Of a stretch of DNA of 64,000 nt, positions 53,378-64,000 are shown piece by piece; positions within the stretch are counted from its first letter, which is position 1; every line of letters begins with the position of its first letter. The stretch is from Camelus dromedarius. Its lineage: Eukaryota. A program made the position numbers and the translations under genes. The DNA is taken from contig NC_087437.1 of assembly GCF_036321535.1 (NCBI RefSeq), forward strand, positions 108,502,001-108,566,000. The letters run 5' to 3'. The notes under the pieces are model-generated. The model had not been told where the DNA came from. It did no database searches and saw only the letters and a program-made list of their open reading frames with translations.

Positions 53378-54739
53378 GGGTTTAAGAGTCATTTTCTGAG
53401 ACTACTTCTCTCCTCCCCATTCCGATATCATTTGTGTAACAGTAGTGAGAACTCATGTTCTCTACCTTGAAATGAAGCTCAGGCTGTAAGCCAAATATTT
53501 TTTTTTCTCAAAACATGAAGAATATATAGAACTAGGAAACATTTTCATATGAATTCATGCTGTCATTGATTTGAATATACGTGAAGAAGAAAACACATGA
53601 ATGTAGAAGGCAGAAATAAGGGGAAAAAAAGGAATATTCAGGTCATACAACAGCACCACTCCTTTTTTTTTTTCAAAATAGAAACAGATTGTTGTACAGA
53701 ATCCAGCAATTCTGGTGGAAATACTCTGCAATGGAAGCATGTTTTCCATTAACTTAAATACTGTGTTAACCTCAATCAAAAATACATTTTCTTAAACTGA
53801 ATACGAAATTTATAGTCTCGAAAAACAGTGCCTGCCATTTAAATGTGCAAAGACTCTGATGCAAATGACTCCATCCCATGTGATTTTAAAAAATTACTTT
53901 GTTAAAATGAAATAAAAACCTAAAGCAGCATGTATTCCCCCACCCAACCAAGCACTTCAACCATGTGGGATAACTTTTAAAGCTCCCAAGTGTACTTTCT
54001 TTTCTTGCTGCTATCTCCTATCTTTGGGACTTAAGAATATGATTTCTCTCTATTCAATAAAACTACTCATAAAAAAACTTTTCAAATATAGACAGACTCT
54101 ATCATTCCAAGATTCATGGAGGCAGACATTATGTGAGGGTGATTTTTCTTCTAAGCTAGTGAGCCCAAGAAGTGGGATGGGAGATCTGCCGTGTTAGAAA
54201 GTGATGTAACCAGTTGTAGTTTGTATCTGAGCTTCTCTCTGGACCTTTGGGACTTGGGGGAGCACCTTGCTGTGAAGGAGGGAGATGCATCATGGTACGG
54301 ACCAAGGTGGAGCCTTTGTGGAGAGACTCAGGCCTCAGGAGCTGCAGTCAAGTAGGGTCTTGATGGTGATTCATATACTTCTGTGTTTCACCTTTGCCCT
54401 GCGTTTCACCTTTGCCCTGGGAGGGGCCTGATAGAATGTGGGAACTATTCATCACATCTTGAAAGAAATGAGAACAGGCGGTGGAGGGAGGGAAACAGAG
54501 GGCTGGAGGAAGGAAGAATAAAGGTCCAAATAGATCCTGCCTGAAAACTCAAGGCAAAAAGTGAGCACTAATTATGAGGAAAAGGTGGCAGGGTAATTAT
54601 AGCACCTTTTCTCCCTTTGCAGGCAAACTCTTTCTCTGGCTACTGGAAAAGGAAGAGTTCCCTGTAGGCGGCCAGCCCTGGTGGTTAACAAAGACCAAAT
54701 CTATATTCATTCTGTATAATAGCAACAATTTATGGGGTT

Positions 54740-54868
54740 GGGGGAGGATATAGTTCAATGGTAGAGTATGTGCCTAGCATGTACGAGGTTGTGGGTTCAA
54801 TCCCCTGTAATAAATAAATAGATAAACCTAATTACCTTCCCCCCAAAAAATATTAAAGGAAAAAAAAA
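54740..54868 (+). mobile_element. tRNA-derived camelid-type SINE (vic-1-like)
   Basis: 'ggggaggatatagttcaatggtagag...gggttcaatcccc...aaacctaattaccttcccccc' plus A tail. Confidence 0.85.
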
Positions 54869-56314
54869 TTTACAGTATTGGATGAAGTTATTTCCCAACC
54901 TGGAAGACTGGTGATCAGTGCCACCTAAATGACCAGTAGGAAGGTAGAAGGTAAATTACCTACTGTTTACAATGTCCTTAGAAGAGTCAGAGTGCTTAAC
55001 GCTATCTCCCAAAAGGGTAAGTTTGGAACAGCAATGACAGGGACATCGTCATTCTGTAAATCTCCTTTATGCCTTTAGTCACTAGGACACTTGGTTTCTT
55101 TCATTACATTTGATGGTTGCTTCCACAACCATAAACATAGTCCTCTGAATCATTTCCACTCTCTGAAGATATTGATTTTAATGTCACACATTAATTCTGC
55201 TTTCATACTAATATTCATAATTTAATTTGTGAACTCGTTAAGCCAATATATGGTCTTTTCTGTCATTTCATTGGGAAGCAGAAAATTGCTCAAGTCTGTG
55301 ACTTATTCCTTCCACAATGGACCATGACAACTATAGGTCCATCAATCACACGAGCACTCACATTCATTTTTTAAGGTGTACATTGTTTTCCAAACAGCAG
55401 AGCACAAACATTAGAGTAGTCACTCTCACAAAGCAAACTCCCAAGATAGGAGTAGAAGCTCAAATTATTGCCATTCATATTATGAGTATGTTTTAAATAT
55501 TTTTCTAGCTCTTGTTTACTCTTTACAACAAATTTTAAATAATTTGGAACTTCCTCTTGTTGAGTCCTGTCCTCCACACCGAGTCTTCCTCTGATTCTCT
55601 CCCACTGTCCACCCCACTGAAATTAACAAGTGCCCCATGTACCAATCTACAGGAGATGCTACAAATTAGTGAGGCACTAAATTTCTACTAGAAATTTCAG
55701 AAGGTGGAGAAAACAGCATTTATCGTAACATCTTCCAAGGAAGAACTGCATCTGTTTAGTAAAACTTTTTAAGTCATTTGCAGACAAGAAGACTCTAGGT
55801 AAGTCCTAGAATTGGACATAGGTGCTTGTTCAGCAGCCCCCCGCCCCAGCAGGTGCAGGCCTCCTGCTTGATAGAGGGGGACAGCGAGTCTGGGGCCGGA
55901 GCTGAATCCCCCTTACAGCACAGTAGAGAGTGGACTCTGCCACAAGGTAGATGTCCTCTTCTGTCCTTCCGCAGGCAGTACTCAGCCCCTCCTCTAAAAT
56001 AAATACAGGGCAAATATTTAAAGATGACTGGTGTAGAGTGCCACGTTAGCAGGCTGCCCTGGGCACCCATATGGCTCAAGGCACCCGAATGCCTTGGTTT
56101 TCTTCCTCTCCTTGGCTCTTGCTCTCTCTTTCCATCTCTCCCTGTTTGTTTTAATTAAAGAAATTAAAACCCAAAGCTTTCTTTACAGATGTGTGCTAAG
56201 TCTCAGCTGTTCCCTTAACCTCACATTGCCTGATTCAACTGAGCAAAAAAGCTATCTCCTTTATAACTAGTTGACTCTAGCTTTCTTATTCCTCCTTCCA
56301 CACACTAGAGGCAA

Positions 56315-56416
56315 AAAAAGAGAAGAAGAAGGAAGAGGAGGAGGAGAGGAACAAAAGGAAAAAGAACAAGGAGGAGGGAAGGAAGTAGAGGAGGAGGTAG
56401 AAAGAGGGGAAAAAAG
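56315..56416. repeat. GA-rich low-complexity tract
   Basis: Seen directly. Confidence 0.85.
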
Positions 56417-58115
56417 TAAGTTTGCCTAGGTGTTTTACCTATCATTAAAGTCAGATCCTTCATTACTATTTTCTCCAATCAAAACTTTGTCTAACATTAT
56501 TTCTCTCAAGTTGTTTGTTGTAAATGGATTCATAACTACTTTCTCCCTCTAAAAATGAATTTAAGATACATTAGTACCCTCAGTATCAGTCCTAACTCAA
56601 ACACTTAGCTCAAATACAAATGAGTCATATCAGTTTTTTAAAAAATGAGTAAGTGAAAAATATATGAAAATGCTCACAGGTCTCTTGCATTATGATTGCT
56701 AATATCTTTCAAGACTTGAAGAGAAAATATTCATTAGATCTAAGCCCTCAGATAGGTTGGCTTATAACTCTGGTCAACGACCTCTGATATGCAGGATTCA
56801 CAGGAGCTTAACTCATTCAGAAGTAAGAGAACAGAATGATTCTCCAAGTAAGACTGTCTGGTCCCTCGAGAGATGAACAAGAGGGTCACTCTACCATCAG
56901 GTTCCTTGTTTATCCACCTGCATTTTTTTTTTTTTTTGGTTATTTTTATCTCCAGATTTTAGCACTTGAGAATTCTTTACCAGACCTAGCAACTCTGAAG
57001 GATTCAGTAATGACACAGGGCCCTGGGAGCTGGAATGCACTGAGAAATTATAGGAAGCTTGCACTTGGTGTGTGACTTTAGCCCATTTACTAAGTGCTTC
57101 AAAACAACTGGCTGCTCCTCCATGTCTACCACACGTAAGAAGGTAGAACAGGTGGTTACTCAGTTTTATAGACAAGGTTCACAGAAGTTAACTAGTAAAC
57201 TTTTACTGCCATAACTGCCAATATATTTCTTTAAATGTGAAGTTCCAGCTGGAAAACTGATAGATCCCAACTTGGTAGATGCACAAGTTACATCAAGCAG
57301 ACTGTAGTTTGACTCATCTTGCCTCAGTGTCCATCTTTTGGAAAACCCATGATTTATTCAACTGTTTTTAAGTGCCTTGAATATGCAAAGTGACTGCCAA
57401 AAAGATTGCCAGTGGTGGGGGCAGGGTATCCATCATTGACAATGGACAGAGGGCAAGCTGAACACTAATACTACAAAATAGAAACAGACGTGATATATTT
57501 CAACCCCACTCTGGACATGACTTCAAGACTATAAGGGTTGATGATACATTTTAAAGTAAGTAGGTATAATTTCCTCCTCCCCATCTTGGGATCAATTTGG
57601 GGTTTATTTATGGCTTGCTTGCCAACTAATAAGGTGGATTATCAGGGATGGATAATCTAGTTGGAAGCTGGGAAAGGCACAAACTTTGGTCATAAGTCCA
57701 TCCTTGGGGACTGAGAGCAGAAAACTGAAAACTCATCTTAGTTTCTGTGGTATTAGAGCATGTGTTTTTAACTTACAGCCAGAGAGAATTTTCCTCACCT
57801 GCAGAGAGGAGAATAAAAATAATCCAGAATGTTACATCTCTGTTAGCAATTCCTTGCAGGGCCTGGAGCTGCTGCAGGAAGTTTCTCATTTGCAAGACTG
57901 AGGTCCCTTATTTTCCAAAGCCAGCTCCTCCTGCAGGGGCAAATGGGCTCTGCACTGCCTCCTGGAACTCACTCCAACACAAAATGGGATGTTATAAGGC
58001 ACCTCGTGTGCTTAAGCCAATTCCAGTACGTGAGATTTCAGAGTCCGGGCCAAAGCTGCAGCAACAGATGAAAGAGAGGGGTCAGGGAGGTAGACTCTGA
58101 AACAAACTGACCTGG

Positions 58116-58504
58116 TGCGTTAGTTGTCTAGAGCTGCTATAACAAAGTACCACAGATTGCATGGCTTCAATGATGGAAATGCATTGTCTCACAGTTCTGG
58201 AGGCTGAAAGTCCAAGATCAAGGTGTCAGCAGGGTTGGTTTCTTCTGAGCCTCTCTTCTTGACTTGTAAATTGCTGCCTTCTCCATGCGTCTTCATATGG
58301 TCTTCCCTCTGTAACTATCTGTGTCCTAATCTCCTTTTCTGTAAGAACATCAGTCATATGGGATTAGGGCCCACCCTATACAGACCTCACTTTAACTCAA
58401 TTACCCCTTTAAAGACCCTATCTTCAAAATAGTTACATTCTGAGGTACCAAGTGTTAGGACTTCAACATATGAATTTTAGGAAAACACAGTTCAGCCCAT
58501 AACA
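58116..58504 (-). mobile_element. MaLR solo LTR (MLT1B/C-like) with 5-bp TSD
   Basis: tg...ca termini; cctgg at 58111-58115 and 58505-58509. Confidence 0.9.
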
Positions 58505-59929
58505 CCTGGAATCTCCACTTGACCACTAACTCACCTGCACTCTAAGTCCCCAGGTCACCTTCTCTCTTTACTGAAATGACCAGGTGCCTGTGGATCTGGT
58601 TCAGCTCTACAAGGAATGGTGATGGACACCTGGCCAGTCATGACCCTTTGTGTCTCAAAAGCAAGGGAACGAGGTTGAAGGACAGCAAAATTAATCACTT
58701 CCCAGGAAGTCACAAAGAGCTATAGCAGCAACTCCCACTTTTTAGCAAAAGGCTGTGCTAAAGGGAAGAAGGAAAAAAAATATACTAAGGGAGCAGAAGA
58801 TTTAAGAACCCACTGACTCTCAAAATTAGATATTGCCTATAGTTGCAAACTTAACAAAGCCAATTTGGTCCTGCACGCTTAGATTCTTGGCTGCCAAAGA
58901 AGGTTGAGACAGCAAGAGTTTACTACTCTCCCACACCTGGTTGCAAGATTTAAAGGAAAACAAATCTCAGTCCAAATTCCATCATGCAGACAGACATTTA
59001 TTGGCAAATATTTATCAACAAGTGAGTGTGAAACAGTTTACATAACTTGTTCTACACGCTGCATGAAGCCCTTTTAGTGGTCATGGTAGGAAAAGTTCAC
59101 CTGAAGCAGACTCAGCAAGATTTCAAAGGCAGGATTCCATGCTGAGAAGGCACCATGAGGTCAAAAGTCCTCCTCAACCAAAGTCTGGACTAAGAACCAA
59201 TTAGGGAATCAAACGATGACTATCATCCCAAAAAGACTAGTGCAGACCTCCATGCAGTCTTATACCCTGTTCAAAAGAGCGGAAGCCAATCCATATGTTC
59301 AAAATATGTTTCATTTCATCCATGAGAGCTAAAGCCTATTTCCAACTTCCATCATGCTGATGAACACACACAAGATTCAGCAATGGAAACCCAAATTTGG
59401 AGTCAATGTGCTAATTCATAAAGCATCCATGGTTAATCAGGAGGATATAGAACAGAAAGGGAAAGGAGTGTAGAAGCTGCTTCTGGGGTAGGTTTGCTCT
59501 CACACAACACCACCTGCCACCATGGAGATCCTGCCAACAGTGTAACTGATCACACAGAAAGTTAAAGGCTAACTAACTGGCTCATCCCAAATGTCAAGGA
59601 TTGTAAGCACTTTACAGCAATTACAGAGATTGTAACACCTGTTAATATAAATTTAAGCCATAGCAACCGAGAATGCACTGCACTGGGGATAGGCTCCCCG
59701 GGTCTGATTTCAGGGCTGCCACGTTGGATGCACCATCTCTTTGGGCTTCATTTTCCTCCTGTAGAAAATAAAGGGATTGAGAGATCAAATTTCTCAGATT
59801 TGTTCTACAGGATCTTAGGGTTTTATGGAGGAGCTCCAGGAATTCTACAAACTCGTGACTCACATTTTAATGTAGTTTAACCGTTTGTAAGGTTTTTTTT
59901 TTTAAGAAAGGAAGCAAAAAAAATGCTAG

Positions 59930-60007
59930 GTGCACACAAACATGTACACACCCACCAAAACTGAACAGAGTAGAAACTAGTGCTACCAGAAATAACTTGT
60001 TTTTATT
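59930..60007 (-). terminator. Candidate polyadenylation site
   Basis: AATAAA on minus at 60002-60007, followed by GU-rich 'tctgttcagttttggtgggtgtgtacatgtttgtgtg'. Confidence 0.5.
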
Positions 60008-60504
60008 CAGATCTTAGAATAAAGTTTTCTCTAATCAAATCTGTCAATGATATATGAATATATTGTATACATGTGATTGAGGAGATAAGTTGCAACTCAA
60101 CATTTTTTTTAATTTAAAACTTTGCATTTTAATGCATGTAAAAGTACATGAGGAACGACATGACTGCAGGACACTCAGTTAGATGCCAGGAGAGACTTGA
60201 TGATGGAGGTTCTCACCAAGGTGTAACTGGCAGTTATGCAAGAGAACATGAGTGCCTAACACTTTGTCATTTATTGTAAGTTCTAGATAAAGTTTGACTT
60301 TTTATTAATTATAGAGTGATTGATTAAAAGTCTTGCGGTCTTCTTAGATCACTTTTTCTTTTCCCCAGGTAATAAGAATAAATTCCTCCAAAGCCAAAAG
60401 TGGATACACATCACCAGTTAAAAAATAAATTTTCAAGGAAAATTTGTTGATGGCTATGACGAGTTGATGATGCTCAAGTTAACAGTCCACCTGTCCAATT
60501 ATCA

Positions 60505-60649
60505 TCAGCTAAGGTCGATTTCCATCACAGCAGCATCTCTCAAATTCACACAATGCAACTTGAAGACAGTAAAGTGTGATGGTGCATGGTCCAGGTCTTC
60601 AATGGATTTTGCAAAAAAATTTTGAATCCTAGCATGCTCCAGTGTAAAT
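60505..60649 (-). CDS. Candidate coding part of a terminal exon, gene unidentified
   Basis: ctgtattttgtttcag| acceptor; phase-2 frame FTLEHARIQNFFAKSIEDLDHAPSHFTVFKLHCVNLRDAAVMEIDLS then TGA TGA; AT-rich 3' UTR-like stretch and poly(A) signals follow. Confidence 0.35.
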
Positions 60650-60829
60650 CTGAAACAAAATACAGTGAGCATACAACATGAGTCCCAGATTTTTTTAAGA
60701 GTAATTGAACAGTCAATTTATAGGAAAACATATGCAAACAATATTTAAATCTAACAATCAAAGTGCATTAACATTTGTATTCATAAGCTGCTCTACTGCA
60801 AATCAGAGAGAAACTATTAGAAAAATCTT

Positions 60830-60965
60830 ATTATACCCTAGAATGTAGGCATGGTAATGATGGGGACTTTGCTTAACTAAACTGCTTACCTCCAGCAGCT
60901 AGAATAGTGCTTGACACACAGTGGGTGTTCAATAAACATTGTTGAATGGATAAATGAATGAGTAA
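60830..60965 (+). mobile_element. L2 3' end
   Basis: 'gctagaatagtgcttgacacacagtgggtgttcaataaacattgttgaatggataaatgaatg'. Confidence 0.8.
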
Positions 60966-61457
60966 GAAGGCTGATACAAATATACTTAGTTTTATTATCA
61001 AAGTTCAGAGAAAAATCCAGATATATGCACTACACATACTTTAAAAACTGGTTCTAAGTCTGAAATCTTTATACTACAACTAGAGGAAAATATACGTATT
61101 TTTCCGCTGCCTCATTTTGTTTATTTTTGTATGAGATATACAAATGAATACAGTGAAAAAGCTCACTAGTAAAATACTGAACATACACACAATAAGAAAG
61201 GAAATATTTAAATGTGTACATCGGGGCTGTGTCAACTACAGCCCAAGGGGCCAAACCCTGCTCTTCCAATTAACTTATGTATCATCTATGTTCTTTTGGA
61301 CTACATACGATTGTACATGGGACAGAACAGAATATCTACAACAGAGGTGATATGGCCTTCAAAACTGAAAGTATTTACTATTTGATGTCCCGTTCTATGA
61401 GCCGTATATATTTTTGCATATTAACCCCTTATTGGTCATATCATTTGCAAGTATTTT

Positions 61458-62011
61458 TGTTGCTGGAGAATAGGTTCTTATCTCGTGCAGGAAAAAATTC
61501 AACAATGAGGCACAATGAAGTAAACATAGATTTATTCAGGGAGATACACACTCCATGGACAGAGTGCAGCCCATCTCACTCAGAAGGGAAACAGCTTAGG
61601 AGATACACATTCCATATGCAGAATATAGGCCATCTCAGAAGGCGAGAGGAAGACAGGCCAAAAGGTGTGGGGGTGTTTAGTTTAAAGTAAAAGTAGATAC
61701 ATATTCCATAGACAAAGTGTGGACCGTCTCAGAAGGCAACAGAGAGCAACCGCGAGGTGCGGGGTTGTTAGTTTCTATGGGTTTGGTAATTTCATATGCT
61801 AACACGCAGGATGATTATTCAAACTGTTTGGGGAAAGGGGCAAGGATTTTCAGGAATGGAGCTCCATCCATTTTTTGGCCTTTTGGGTCAGCCTGGGAAC
61901 TGTCATGGTAACTGTGGGTGTGACATGAGGCCCAAGGTCTACCAGAAGTGAATCTTCTACCATCTTTGCACTAACCAGTTTATCCTGTCATCCCTCTTCC
62001 CTCCTATCTCA
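61458..62011 (-). mobile_element. ERV1-class solo LTR inserted in an L1 fragment
   Basis: tg...ca termini, 4-bp TSD tttt (61454-61457 / 62012-62015); flanks rejoin as L1 'tcatttgcaagtatttt|cacctcattc...ttgtctttttgttttg'. Confidence 0.7.
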
Positions 62012-62084
62012 TTTTCACCTCATTCAGTATGTTGTCTTTTTGTTTTGTCGATGTTTTCCTCTGCTGTGCAAAAACTGGCAAGAC

Positions 62085-62690
62085 TATAGGTCGTGGTGAA
62101 TTCTTCTATCAGGAGGCTCATTGTGTCTGGTTTTCTCTCTTGTGACAGCAGCTCAGTGCCTAGATCTGCATTCCTTGTGTGTTGCTGATGGGTGATATCA
62201 CAAATCTCTCAGTTCCTTTTCTTTATCATTTGAATTTATTCACTGGAATACTCTTTATAAAGAGATGCTTCTCATCTACTATTTGTTATCCCGTATGACA
62301 CTTCATGTGGGAAAAAACAGGATAAATAAATGATTCTTCCCTTTCTTTAAAACCAGTTTTCAAGATAATGAATTGATTCTCTATCTCCTTACAAAAATGA
62401 CCATTTTTAAATTATTAATTAAATATGAATATGGCAATTAAAATCTTTATTAAAGGTCAAAATTGTCCTAGGCTTTACTAGTGAGGGAGCCTCTTCAGGT
62501 TGGTCCCTGGTGGGTTCTGGCCCTGGGAGTCTCCAATGGCTTCCTTGAATCTGGTACAAGTCAGCTGCTTTTGTGCATATCCTGCCTCAGAACCTAGAAT
62601 CAGCAATTCTTCCAAGAAACTCTGAGTTCCTATAGTGGGAAATAGAATTTTCACACCACAATCTAGGTGCTAGGATTAATGATATTTTTA
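62085..62690 (-). mobile_element. Ancient L1 3' UTR (L1MC/ME-like)
   Basis: 'gggagcctcttcaggttggtcc...ctagaatcagcaattcttccaagaaactctg...ccacaatctaggtgctagg'. Confidence 0.6.
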
Positions 62691-63556
62691 AAAATTGAAA
62701 CAAGTTCAACTTGACAATATAGACTTAGTGATGTTATTAAGATTTAACAGCGGATAGAGTGTTAACAATGATGTTAGACCATGAAGTTTGGACCCAACAT
62801 GCAAAACAAATATATCTTACTCTTTTGAAACAATCCATGAATATCTGACAAGACAATACTGTAGGTGGCTGAGATTTTTTTAATGATTTTGTTGAACATT
62901 TCATGATTTCAGAGGATAATATGTGTTTTCACCAATGAAGTTTTTAATTGGCTGAAAAATCATTCAACTGTCTCTAATCTTCAAATTTTTTGTACCAGAA
63001 TCCAGGAAGTTGTTAAACATTATTCACAATTTGACTTAGGAACAAATTTCCTGTTATTCTTCTTTCAGTCTTCCCAAAGGGTTTAATGAAAAAATGTAGT
63101 ACAGTATAGTGGTTAAATATGCAAATTTAAAAGTCAAAATTACAGTCATTAGTTAAATCCACTTTTAGCTGAAAAACCATGTCACCCATGTTATTCACAG
63201 TATCAGTTGACCCCTAAGTCTCTTTACAAATCTGAAACTCTATGTATGGCTTCATATATATTTTAAATTCATTTCAGCAAACATTTGAGAGACTACTATA
63301 CTCGGCACTTGCTGATACTAGTGGAAGAGAAGAAAGGGATGAAGAACAAAGCAAAGTAACTGCCCTCAAGAATTGTAATTATAATGTACATAAATATAAT
63401 CTAATATTTAAAAGAAAATATAGAGATGTATATCATTATTAAAAATCCTATCCTAGACACATATATGCCAGATATATTCTACTATAGGGAAAGTAAAGTA
63501 AAAATAGTAGACTATCAAACAGTATTCACATTTTGATACTAAATTTGCTTTTTTAA

Positions 63557-63682
63557 TCTTCCATTTATTTTTTAATTGAAGTACACTTACAATGTGTCAA
63601 TCTCTGGTGTACAGCACAAAATCCCAGTCATGCACATATATGTATATATTTGTTTATATATTTTTTTCCATTAGAGGTTAAG
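63557..63682 (-). mobile_element. Very short L1 3' end with 13-bp TSD
   Basis: 'tttttaattgaagtacacttacaatgtgtcaatctctggtgtacagca'; TSD tttgcttttttaa at 63544-63556 and 63683-63695. Confidence 0.8.
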
Positions 63683-64000
63683 TTTGCTTTTTTAAATTTA
63701 AGTATCATAAATGTAACCAAAGAAGTCTAAAAGAAGATAAACCAAAGTGTTAATAGTATGTCTGTAGTATCTTAAATATTTTAACATTGCAGTAATTGTT
63801 TAGTAGATTTTTAAATGTTAATGTTTTAATTTTAATAAAATATATTTCAATGTGTAAAAATAAATAAGTAAATATTAAAAGTAGATAAAATTTAATTCTA
63901 ACAAAATGTGTTTAAATGTACAATGTGTTCCACACAAAAACATGTGCACAAATGTTTATAGAAGTGTAATACATGATGGTCAAAATGTGCAAACAATCCA

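Noticed and set aside
54382..54419. 18-bp tandem duplication, plus similar ones near 16655, 20975, 28750 and 52433
   Set aside because: Ordinary slippage duplications, two copies only
61277..61690. 137-aa ORF, the longest in the track
   Set aside because: Runs across DNA-transposon, L1 and LTR fragments; spurious
1..64000. Prokaryotic systems (operons, CRISPR arrays, defence or phage loci)
   Set aside because: Sequence is mammalian; longest ORF is 137 aa; no repeat-spacer array seen

Overview
This is AT-rich, CpG-depleted mammalian genomic DNA, not prokaryotic. Four copies of a tRNA-derived SINE with a 'aaacctaattac-C-run' tail suggest a camelid (vic-1-like); this is an inference. Much of the window is interspersed repeat: MIR, L2, old and young L1, MaLR/ERVL/ERV1 LTRs and hAT-Charlie elements. 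Repeat subfamily names and most repeat boundaries are by-eye estimates. None of the supplied ORFs is recognisable as an intact known protein. The best-supported oddities are (1) a perfect 433-bp copy of 40385-40817 pasted into a young L1 at 49221-49653 with microhomology junctions and no TSD or poly(A), and (2) a tailless retrocopy of the 5' half of tRNA-Cys(GCA) between 19-bp TSDs at 27052-27121. More tentatively, splice and poly(A) signals suggest the 3' end of an unidentified minus-strand gene near 60-63 kb and a second minus-strand spliced transcript at about 7.6-14 kb. I found no evidence for a new multi-gene system.
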